64,000 bases of DNA from Eledone cirrhosa. Lineage: Eukaryota. Positions 53,272-64,000 of the stretch are shown here, in pieces. The stretch spans positions 80,972,001-81,036,000 of the forward strand of contig OZ024747.1 in the NCBI GenBank assembly GCA_964016885.1, in the 5' to 3' direction. The notes beneath the pieces are model-generated. The model searched no databases and was not told where the DNA came from. It saw only the letters and a list, made by a program, of their open reading frames with translations. The position numbers and the translations under genes are program-made. The first letter of the stretch is position 1, and every line of letters starts with the position of its first letter.

Positions 53272-53322
<51 letters not shown>

Positions 53323-53940
53323 GGGTGGTGGATTGGCAGTATCGGTAGAGAGTCAGATGCCATGCTTTGCATGACAGAATTACGGCCCTTTACATTCTGA
53401 GTTCAAATCCCGCCAAGGTTAACTTTGTATTTCATCCTTACGAGGTCGATAAAATAAAGTACCATAATACACTGAGTTAATTGCTGGCGTTGTGCAAAAA
53501 GTAGAAACAATTATTATTATTATTTATAGTCATGTTTACTTTTTGTACATTTTGTCATAGCTATTTCCTGATTTAATATCCAGGTATTAGAACTAATTTG
53601 ATTCCAAAGTGAAATAGGAAACAATCAGACTATATCTATTGAATGTAATTATGTATTTTTTTTTGTTATTGATAATTGACATATTCTTATTTATCCTAAT
53701 AAATTCTGGCAAAATACTTCACATTTTAAAATGATAATTTGTTCTGCATTTTCTCCATAATTATTATTTTCCAAGTGGTCTATAAAGATTCTAAATAATT
53801 CTATGAGACAGATTTTCTCTGGTAGTAGTAGTAGTAATATATATATATATATATATATATATAGAGTGAGAGAGAGAGAGAGGGGGAGAGGGAAAGTTGT
53901 ATATGGAAGCATATACTGTATGTTTGTTTATATATATATA

Positions 53941-54190
53941 GTGGTGGAACACTGGAAGGTAATATCCGTAGTGGTAGAGCACTCAGTCCAAGGGACAAGT
54001 TAGGTAGAAGTGGTTACACAGCAGTTAGTTCACCATACCGAGAACAATTGTTTCACCTTCGCAGATCTTCAGCTCGGGATGTGTATGTTTATAGGAACTG
54101 TTCCTATAAACATACACATCCCGAGCTGAAGATCCACGAAGGTAAAACAATTGTTCTCGGTATGGTGAACTAACTGTTGTGTAACCACTT
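53941..54190 (-). mobile_element. Fold-back element family B, second copy; hammerhead at 54038-54077 (-)
   Basis: About 91 bp arms with an essentially 1-nt loop. CCGAG CTGAAGA TCT GCGAA GGT GAA ACAATTGT T CTCGG; the right arm has GAAA changed to AAAA. Confidence 0.8.
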
Positions 54191-54196
54191 ATATAT

Positions 54197-54520
54197 CATT
54201 TCATTTCATTTTACGTCTGCTTTTTCCCTGCTTGCAAGGGTGGGACGGGAACTGATTCTGGCTTGATTTCTACAGCTGGATGCCCTACTTAACACCAACC
54301 TCATTTACAGTGAGTGCTGGGTGCTTTTTTGCCGTGGCACCACCACGACCACTTTACAGTGGAATGATAGGGACCCCAGTCCCTATCATCTCATTTCTAC
54401 AGCTGAGTATACTGGAGCAATTTGAAATAAAGTGTCTTGCTCAAGGAAACAACACATCACCCGGTCTGAGAATTGAACTCACAACCTTTCGATTGCAAGG
54501 CCAATGCTCTAACCATCTAT
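54197..54520 (-). mobile_element. SINE with a tRNA-like head and RTE-derived 3' end; partial copy 58544-58725
   Basis: 3' end (rc) GCAAGCAGGGAAAAGCGGACG.AAAATGA matches the RTE end at 7183-7213. It also contains GGTTGGTGTTAGGAAGGGCATCCAGCTGTAGAAA, found in the 43900-44055 UTR. Confidence 0.75.
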
Positions 54521-55668
54521 CCATATATATATATGGATAGATGATATAAATGCTAATGTGTTGATAGCTATGCACATTAGAATTTGCTGTTTTGAAATAT
54601 AATCTTTTTTGCTTGTAGCCAATGAAGGAAATATAATCCATCTGAATAGAATCTTTCTTCATTTCTATTATATTTTCTATAGCCTTATACTTCATTCATG
54701 TGAATGTATATTTCTATCATCACATTTACAAGAACTTTGTGAAAACATGTAACTTGTTTTATATGACAATATAGTTAATAGCAAGTTCATGTTGAAGAGG
54801 TTACCTGCAGCAACCTTCCCAAACAGAAACCATACAAATGAGAATTTGTTCACAAGTGAGGTTGTCAAATAAAAATTAAACTTGAAAAATATGGCAAAAT
54901 ATAAAATTTGAATAACTGTATGAATATTTGTGTAAACATTTCTGTAATTTATCTATGCGACGTACAAATTGTTAAATTTCATTCTAAGTCTATCCTATGA
55001 GACAAATTAGATTTTTATTAAACAGATGTTTTTATTTAGAGTGAGAACACCTAATGTAAAAATAATAGTAACATTTCTTAAACATTCTATGTACACAACA
55101 GGGATAGAATGTTACATGTTGGCCTGTGTGGTGGTACTGCTACTCTAATTATTTTAACTCCTCTTACTGCCAATCTGTCTCATAATATTAACACCTCTTG
55201 TTCCACTTCATTTGCTTCACTCCCATTTCTTTCATTCTATCACCTATTCATCCAGTTTCACTTATCTCACACAAATTCCATTTTATTATTTCTTGCTAAT
55301 TTAAGGGTGGTGGATTGGCAGTATAGGTAGAGGGTCGATGCTTTGCAGCATAGAGTTACGGCCCTTTATGATCTGAGTTCAATTTCCACCAAGGTTAACT
55401 TTGCCTTTCATCTTTACAGGATCGATAAAATAAAGTCACGAGGCGATTTAATCGACTTCCCCTCCCCCAAAATTGCTGGCCTTGTGCTTAAATAAGAAGC
55501 TATTATTTCTTGCTACTTTAATATTATTAATTCCTTTTCTGTTCTTTGCTCTCTTACTTTGTTATTTTTATTCTGTCCTTATCTCAATTTCTTCCCCAAA
55601 TTTATTTCCATTTCTTCCACCTCTTCCTCTTCTCTATCCTTCTGTTACTGCGATTATGTCTCATTCTA

Positions 55669-55704
55669 TCTTCTGATGAACGGTTAACATCCGAAACGTT
55701 AAGG
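55669..55704 (+). ncRNA. Minimal Penelope-type hammerhead in a pLTR-like remnant (about 55500-55790; related tail at 41241-41339)
   Basis: TCTT CTGATGA ACGG TTAACAT CC GAA ACGT T AAGG with palindromic ACGT stem III. Confidence 0.65.
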
Positions 55705-56734
55705 CTCCTTTCCTACTATATGAAGCATTAAACTAATATATATCTTCATTGTGCTGTATTGCTTGCTTTGTTGTTTTCCATTTACTTTTCACACACATAT
55801 TGTGGATGTGTGTGAGTGTGTGTGTGTTATAGACACTTCCATTGAGAATGACATATAAGTATATTGTTGTCAAATATCTAAAATACCTATTCACTGAATG
55901 TTCCAGAAGCATGTGTAACTAACATAATTCTCAAGTAGAATAATTAGTATGACACAGTGTGTGACAAAGCTGACTTGGCTCTTGGAATTATAAGCGCAGG
56001 CCATCTGATGGGATTTCTCACATGATTTAATTTCATTGAAAATGTTAGGATCAATAAATACCAGGAATGACATACAGTGGGATTGAACTCAGGACTGCAT
56101 AACTATGAAAGAAAATTCTTAAAAACATCACTTAACAATTTAGTATTTACATTATTCTATATTTACTATTGTATTTTCACAGTGAACCCTTTATTTCACA
56201 TAATAATATCACATAATATTGAATCTATGAGATTTTGATATTATTGATTTTGAGAACAATATCTTAACACAAGTATGAGCAGCTGGTTTTGGCCAGTTTG
56301 AACAGAAAGGGGTGAGATAATTCTGGCTGGATATGGCTGGTTTAGATACTAAAAGGTTAAGAGTCATTTTATCTGTGTAAGAACAAAAGAGTTGTTTTAA
56401 TCACCATTGGATTTATTACTTAATTGTAGATTTTATTATTATTGTAGTGTTAAAATGTTTTGCCACATTTCCCCGACCTGGCAATGACATTATGTATATA
56501 GTGTCAGAAAGATTCACTATAATCAACAATGTCCTTGAGAAATATCCCCAAGGAATTGCACTTACTATTATTGCATCCGATGAGTGCTTCATTCACTAAA
56601 ACTGTTTAAAATTCTTATGAAACAATTCTCATAGTTTTCCATCCATGCTGAGATCATGCACATTCTGCTGCATTACTTGGCCGTAGGCCTGCTTGGGGTC
56701 GTAATATGCTACATCTATCTATCTATCTATCTAG

Positions 56735-57713
56735 CTAACACCGAGGAAAATGGGCGACTGGCACATCGAATGTGCTCAGGCGCTCACAGCCCTCTGGCAG
56801 GCGGACCCGGCGATCAGTGGAGACTCCACTTCGTCATTCTATAGAGGGTTGATCCGCAGCAAGTGCGACGACGCGCTCGGTGAAACTCTAGGCGTAGAGG
56901 AAGATGAACTGGCCAGTCTGTTCAGTAGGACCTTCCGCCCGGGACCGATGGACAACTTCCAAAAGTCCCTGGCCTGGCAGTGCTACCGAGGATCTGTACC
57001 AGTTCGAGACAAGCTCTACAGACATGGGCGCCCGGGCAGGGACCCTGCAAAAAAGATCTGTCCAAGGTGCGTGCGTAATGAAGAAACCGTCGCGCACGCA
57101 TTCATACACTGCCTGGGCGTCATTGACCTGTGGGGCTATGTAGAACGACTATTGTCGCGGGTGGGACCAATCCGGTTGACCACCGAGTCCATTGTCATGA
57201 TCAAACCGCCACCCTCCTTCAAAAACGAAGGAGAGGCGGTTTTCCTTTGTGTGATAGCTATGGCGAAAGAGGTTGTATGGTGGACAAGGTTGAAAGGGCT
57301 GAGGTCAGACACCTTTCTCTCCGGCCAACAACTGATTCTTTTTTTCAAATACCACTTTGGAAGAAGAATCAGGATGGAGAGAGAGGTGCTGTACCCCAGC
57401 AAGTTTTATGAAAGGTGGGTGAAAGTGGCGAGAATGGCCCGAGTGAATGGGCCTTCTCTCTATATCAGCCTGTAGGTTGAGGAAAAGGAGGAGGAGAGGA
57501 AAGGAGTACAAATTCTTCATACTCCTGGAGATGAGGGTTGCACATTTTTTCGGGGGTATGTGTTACCCATATGAACTGTCTCCTCCTATTGGGGAAAATC
57601 GACTAACTTTTTAAATTGCATTTGTGATAACATTTTACACGTTTTTATTGTATGTAAACTTCCCCCTTTGTATTTGTCCCCTTCTTTTGTGCCCCTGTGG
57701 CTAATAAAGAAAC
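56735..57713 (+). mobile_element. Tx1/L1-clade LINE 3' fragment (ORF2 C-terminus 56750-57475 plus 3' UTR)
   Basis: zf-RVT-like AWQCYRGSVPVRDKLYRHG..CPRC..EETVAHAFIHC; AATAAA near the end; (CTAT)n on both sides. Confidence 0.8.
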
Positions 57714-58469
57714 ATATCTATCTATCTAGCTATCTCTCTACCTATGTATCTATCTATCTACCTATCTATCTATGTATCTATCATGCCCTAGTGGCAAATA
57801 AAAGAAACATATCTATGTATCTATCAAGCTAACTATCTCTCTCTCTACCTCTTTCACTCTCTTCTCTCTATCTATCTATCTATCTGTCTATCAACCCAGC
57901 CATTCCGCCATATGATCAAACCTTCCAGCCAGCCATCCCTCCATATATACCAAGTTAAGTTAAAAGTGTTTTTGTATTTCAAACTTTAATTTAACAGTTC
58001 AAACAAATTATATACGAAAAGAGTTTATTCATCAAAATATACCCCATCATCAGGATATACATCACATAATATCTCACATAATATCAAATTTATGCGATTT
58101 TGATATTATTTATTTTGAGAACAAGACCTTAACAAGTATGAGTGGCTGGTTACAGCTGGGTTGAACTGAAAGAGGTGAGAGAATTCTGGCCAAATATGGC
58201 TGGTTTAAATGCTAAAGGGTTAAACTCTAATCTGTAATAATATATATATACAATCTTTATTGAGCCCTCTTCAGATTTTGGTCTTCGTAATTATTAGTGC
58301 TATATATATATATATATATATATATAAGTTTATCCCAGGTTTAATCGGGGGTAACCACATTATATATATATATATATAGCACGAATAATTATATATATAT
58401 ATATATATATATATAATTATATATATATATATATATAATTATATATATATATATAATTATATATATATA

Positions 58470-58532
<63 letters not shown>

Positions 58533-59069
58533 CACTAATAATTATCATCATCATCATTTTGCGTCCGCTTTTCCCTGCTTGCAAGGGTGGGACGGGAACT
58601 GATTCTGGCTTGATTTCTACAGCTGGATGCCCTTCCTAACACCAACCTCATTTTACAGTGAGTGCTGGGTGCTTTTTTGCCGTGGCACCTCCACGACCAC
58701 TTTGCAGTGGAATGATATGGACCCTAATAATTATATTGCAGTGGAATGATATGGAGACTAATATTTATATAATATATATATATATATATATAAGTTTATC
58801 CCAGGTTCAATCGGGGGTAACGACATTATATATATATATATATGCATTCTTGGTAAAGCTACCCTCCATAAGCCAGCATCATATTTAAGGAGATATATTA
58901 GTTTCATCTGCTTAATTTGAATATATCTACAGATAAATACTGGTGTAAATATCTATATTTTTATTCCTTTGCTTAACCCTTTCATTATTATATTTCAAAT
59001 TAAATGCACTGCATTTGAATTAATCACTGATGTATTTGGAAAGATTTACTAACATTATTACAATTATTA

Positions 59070-59463
59070 AGGCGGTGGATTGGCAGTATCAGTAGAGGGT
59101 CGGACGCCATGCTTTCCAGCATAGTTACGTCCCTTTACGGTCTGAGTTCAAATCCTGTCGAGGTTAACTTTGCCTTTCATCCTTACGGGGTCGATAAAAT
59201 AAAGTACCAGTAATACACTGGGATAATTGCTGGGCTTGTGCCTAAAGTAGAAACAATTATTACAATTACAAAAGGTGGTGGATTGGTAGTATCAGTAGAG
59301 GGTCGGATGCCATGCTTTGATGCATAGAGTTACAGCCCTTGCCATTCTGAGTTCAAATCCCACCGAGGTTAGCTTTGCCCTTCATCCTTTCAGGGTCAAT
59401 AAAATAAAGTACCAGTAATGCACTGGCTAATTGCTGGCCTTGTGCCAAATGTAGAAACAATTA
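59070..59463 (+). mobile_element. Two head-to-tail type 1 SINEs
   Basis: Full copies at about 59070-59257 and 59273-59463. Confidence 0.88.
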
Positions 59464-60886
59464 TTACAATTATTAAGATGGCATTTCTAAAATAACAAAA
59501 GGTGCTTATATAAAAATTAGTTTGAAGATTTTAACTTAGAATAGGAACAGTTTAAAATGAGTGATTCAGTTCCACAATCTAAAGTCTAATGTCTAAAGTC
59601 TGTCTTTAGCCTAGCCAGAAGATTCGTTAGACCAGTGTTTATCCTGGTTTCATGGCATGAAGCAACTGAGAGTGCAAAATTTCCCCCTGGATGAGAAACC
59701 AGTCCATTGCAGGGTTAAACCCCTAGCTATGCTGGTACTTATTTTCAGCTGAGTATACTGGAGCAATGTAAAATGAATTTGCTCAAGAACACAACACACA
59801 TCCCAGCCCAAGATTCAAATCCATGACATTGTATCCAACACCCATACTACTAGGCCACGTTACTCCACAATGGCAGAGGCAATTTTTGCCAGGCTGGTAT
59901 AAATGGGTATACGACTGCAGTTAAACACTTGCCTTATGGAAAGCAGGAACAAATTAATTCAAGATTTATCTCAAGATATATCAAAATTTTGAGTTTCTAA
60001 AGTATAAAAAAATGTCTCAATGACATAGCTAATTCCATTTTATATTATATCTCACAGACAGAAGAAAAAATAATAAACCTAGTCTATTATTAATGTTAGA
60101 TTAAACTGATGAAATTCTATCCTATGTCACTAGATAAAAGAAAATGACAAATTAGCAAATAATTGAAGCGATGAAAAAAAGTTAGAGAAAGTTTGGTAAA
60201 TATTATGAATATATTCTTCAATCATGTACTGCAGCTTCTCCAGCAGGGTAGCCTTATGATGATATAGACAATTATCTTTTAATATTTTTAGTTCCAAACA
60301 AAAGGATCAAATTTCCTTTAAACCAGAAACTTGCATGCATAAATACAACCTCAAATTTTTCAATGGTGATTGCAAGAATTCTATTTCCTAAGACATATGG
60401 TATAGTTATTGTAAAAATAATATTATAGCAACAAATTCAAGAAAAATGTTAGCTCCAGATGTAGATAATAATATTGAATATTTAAGAATATTAGGAGAAT
60501 ATCAACTTTCATTTTGTATCACAAACTGTGAATAATGGAACTGCAGGCGACTGGATTTCAATGGGTAACCTATTGGTTTCGTACATTTCTGATGATTATA
60601 AATGACAAAGCAGTGTCATTGAAGTTTGTAATATTTACAAAATATACATCAAAGAAATATTATATATATATATATAAAACAACCTGCAAATCTGACTTCT
60701 TATTGTTACTGTATATATATATACATACATATATATACAAATATATACATGTATAAATGCACACACGCACGCACATACATTCTCTCTATATATATACACA
60801 TATATATATATATACATACATAAACACATATATATATATATACATATATGTACATGTATAAACACACACACTATATATATATATAT

Positions 60887-60937
<51 letters not shown>

Positions 60938-61611
60938 ATATATATGAATATAAACATATATATATGAATATAAGCATATATATATGAATGAATATGAATA
61001 TAAAGATATATATATATAACTATATATATATATATAAACACACACATATATATATAAGCATATATTGGCTCAACTTATAATAGAATAGAATAAGAATTTA
61101 GCTTCAAGCATTGCTGTATATGTATTGGAATTCTGTATATCTAAAGAAATATGGCATGTTTATGAATAAACATTTAGAAAGCCGAAGCTATGCAAAAACA
61201 TTGTTGAGCCAACTATATATTCTCGCCTGTTTTCAAAGTCCATATATATATTGTTATAACTTGGAAGGGTCATGTGGACAATAAAACCACATGCATCTGT
61301 TGGTTTTCACTTCACATTATTATAAGCTCCCAGTCAGTTAGTTTAATAACTGGATGGTTGTTTAGGTTTCGATCACCAAAGCTCTTTCATCACACATTCT
61401 GTGACCTCCTCTGTGACTAGTTACGTTATTTTATACCTCTCCTTTTTTCTGTCCTACACCATCTCGTTGTTTTGTCAGCTGTGTACTTAGGTTGTGCATG
61501 CATTATATTTGGGTTGTGTGTATGTATTTGTCTGTGTTTTTATTTATGTATTTATCTATGTATTTATCTATTTTAATTTATTATCTTGTTTATTTGTGAG
61601 CTGCTCATTAT

Positions 61612-61882
61612 TCCCAAACTTAGACCAATTACATCAATTGTCAAGTCAAGAGTACTCAAACTATATGACCATATAGAAAGATCAACTCGTGGTGTGAGTA
61701 GGTTATGCCTGGAAGGAAGGTTGGCTGGTAGAAGCAGAGGCCGGCAGCCAAAACGATGGCTTGATAATGTCAACTTATGGACTGGACTTGACCTTTGCTT
61801 TTTGAACTCTCTTGCTGGAGATCAAACTTTGTGGAGAGAGATATCACACGTTAATGCACAGTCTGCAACTGGTGGAGTTTAG
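61612..61882 (+). mobile_element. Old RTE-like LINE 3' fragment
   Basis: VKSRVLKLYDHIER..LEGRLAGRSRGRQPKRWLDNV resembles the RTE C-terminal R.L..GH..R / G.R.RGR..W.D motif. Confidence 0.65.
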
Positions 61883-62379
61883 TGTCACAAGAATACGCGT
61901 TTATTTACTTGTTACTAATTGGTTACAAATAATCTGTATTCCATCACAAGCCAATGACAAAACTGAGGCTCAATTTACAATAGCTAGGGCTAATCTTAGA
62001 CACATTCTAGAATAGCATAGTAGGAAACAGAATAGAATGGAGACCCAGCAACTTGCTGAAAATGTGCAAATGGCTTGCATAAGTTCATACTGCACTCGAG
62101 AAATGGTGAAATAATATGCTTTCCAACAGAAATGTTTGGCTGAATGTCAGTAGACAGCCTGCCTATATCATTAACTTCGAGAGAAACAACAACACAAGTG
62201 CATGAGGCAAAAGAAAACACCCTCAATGCCCACATAATGATGTACTCTAGCATAATGCAGCTAACAACTTCCAGGCCTGGGACACATACCAACACTGTAA
62301 GGACTTCACAGAGATCACAAATCAAATAATGTCCCAGTAACAGGAGTAACAAACAGAGCGAGTCTATAGAACAAACATA

Positions 62380-62882
62380 AAGATTCTACAATATTAAAAT
62401 TTCTGACAATATCTTTGGCTTCATCGTTAATCGTGTTATAAGTTTTAGGTTTGGCTTTCAGGTATTTATTAGTTATGTTATGAAGGATAAGCTGGTTATT
62501 CTTTTCTTTATCTGCCACATACAGATTTTTTGTCTTGTCAGAAAAGACAAAGACATTTTTAGATGATTTGAATTTGTTAATGTCTTTTAAAGATGTATTT
62601 TGGAAAGGATTATGGTAATTACGGAATTAGATATTGGAGACTATATCTAATAAGTCAGCTCTGAATGGGACTGAATCCTTAAAACATTAGGGTGGGGGAT
62701 TAATTTATTTAATGTTGAATTTCTCGGTGGCGGTAGTGGCCATAACTCTGTTGATTAGTAACGCTTTCTATCTCAGTCTACGTACTATAGCTTCTACATT
62801 TTCAAGAAGCATTTTAGAGTAGAAAGTGATGGTTGGTGTCGGTATATTCTTGGTAGTGTTATTTATCCTAAATAGATTCATT
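62380..62882 (-). mobile_element. Penelope-like element ORF, N-terminal remnant
   Basis: KNIPTP...VRRLR*KAL and SDKTKNLY..NITNKYLKA..INDEAKDI resemble PLE pre-RT motifs (KNIP.P, RMRWKA, ADKT.NLY, IN.EAK.I). Confidence 0.7.
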
Positions 62883-63147
62883 TTGTTGTAATGAAGAAAC
62901 TCCTTATATCCAAATAGTGCTCAAAACAACGGGATAATTTATGCAAGTCAGTAGAAATTCTTTAATATACTTTTAATGGTGTATTCAAACTTGTTCAAGC
63001 GCCTGATGACTTGGACACAAATTTGGTAGCTCTACCACTCTGCATCCCCGTGAACAATCTGGGGAGATGACCATAACTGGACTTTTAAATCTTAGGTAGC
63101 GTTTTTGTCCTCTGTATGATCAGAAACATTTATAGTATTATATATAA

Positions 63148-63533
63148 AGGCAGTGGATTGGCAGTATAGGTAGAGAGTCGGACGCCATGCTTTCCAGCAT
63201 AGTTACGTCCATTTACGATCTAAGTTCAAATCCCGCCGAGGTTAACATTGCCTCATCCTTACAGGGTCGATAAAATAAAGTACCAGTAATGCACTGGAGT
63301 AATTGCTGGCCTTGTGCCAAAATAAGAAACAATTATATATAAGGGTGGTGGATTGGCAGTATCGGTAGAGGGCCAGACGCCATGCTTTGATGCTTAGAAT
63401 CATAGCCCTTGCCATTCTGAGTTCAAATCCCGCCAAGGTTAACTTTGCCTTTCATCCTTACGGGGTCAATTAAATAAAGTACTAGTAATACACTGGGATA
63501 ATTGCTGGCCTTGTGCCAAAAGTAGAAACAATT
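63148..63533 (+). mobile_element. Two head-to-tail type 1 SINEs
   Basis: Copies at about 63148-63333 and 63342-63533. Confidence 0.88.
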
Positions 63534-63626
63534 ATATATTAGCTCTCACACCAGATTGAGCATTGTTTCCCTTTTTCCTTTTTCCTATCCACAGATATTT
63601 TACCACACACACACACACACACACAT

Positions 63627-63699
<73 letters not shown>

Positions 63700-63719
63700 T
63701 TTGTTTCTTATCACAGTCT

Positions 63720-64000
63720 CATCTGTTTATAGAGATATGAGTGGCAAATCAATAAATGTCCATCTCAGAAAGATATAGATTCTTTATAGAGAAATATATG
63801 GAGTGTGGTTGAAAGAAATCCAAAGGAACTATTATCCCCTCAAATGATACAACATAAATGGTAATAGAGATGAGACTGTGATGAGAAAACTTCAAGATAA
63901 GAACACACCAGGAAGAGACTTGATTGTTACCTACTGGTACAGGTAGTTGACTTTCTATCAGATGCATCTTATCAAACTCTAATGGCAAGTTCTCAATAGA
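63720..64000 (+). mobile_element. Highly degraded R4/Dong-like fragment
   Basis: Manual translation gives PSQKDIDSL*RNIWS and NTPGRDLIVTYWYR*LT, parallel to FWRGIW and KSPGPDGVQGYWIKHLT in the intact ORF. Confidence 0.5.

Noticed and set aside
59070-59160. tRNA genes
   Set aside because: The A/B boxes belong to multi-copy SINE heads and continue into SINE bodies; no cloverleaf seen.

Overview
AT-rich, microsatellite-dense eukaryotic (metazoan) DNA. The SINE and LINE repertoire suggests a cephalopod such as Octopus, which is an inference. Almost all recognisable sequence is mobile-element derived: R4/Dong-type RLE non-LTR retrotransposons (one apparently intact 1130-aa ORF at 48825-52217, minus strand, plus many truncated copies), RTE-clade LINEs, a Tx1/L1-type 3' fragment, a Penelope ORF fragment, a deleted mariner, piggyBac-like TTAA MITEs and two tRNA-derived SINE types. 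It also holds an interstitial TTAGGG tract and large simple-repeat arrays. Only one probable host exon was seen (8797-9200, polycystin-1-like terminal exon). The most notable signal is a set of at least six unrelated ORF-less fold-back (hairpin) elements in (TA)n tracts that carry full or partial Penelope-type type I hammerhead ribozyme folds, plus several stand-alone hammerheads. A second theme is the apparent partitioning of microsatellite types among retroelement families (TAA, TACA, TATC, TA). All folds and alignments were done by eye and coordinates may be off by a few bases.
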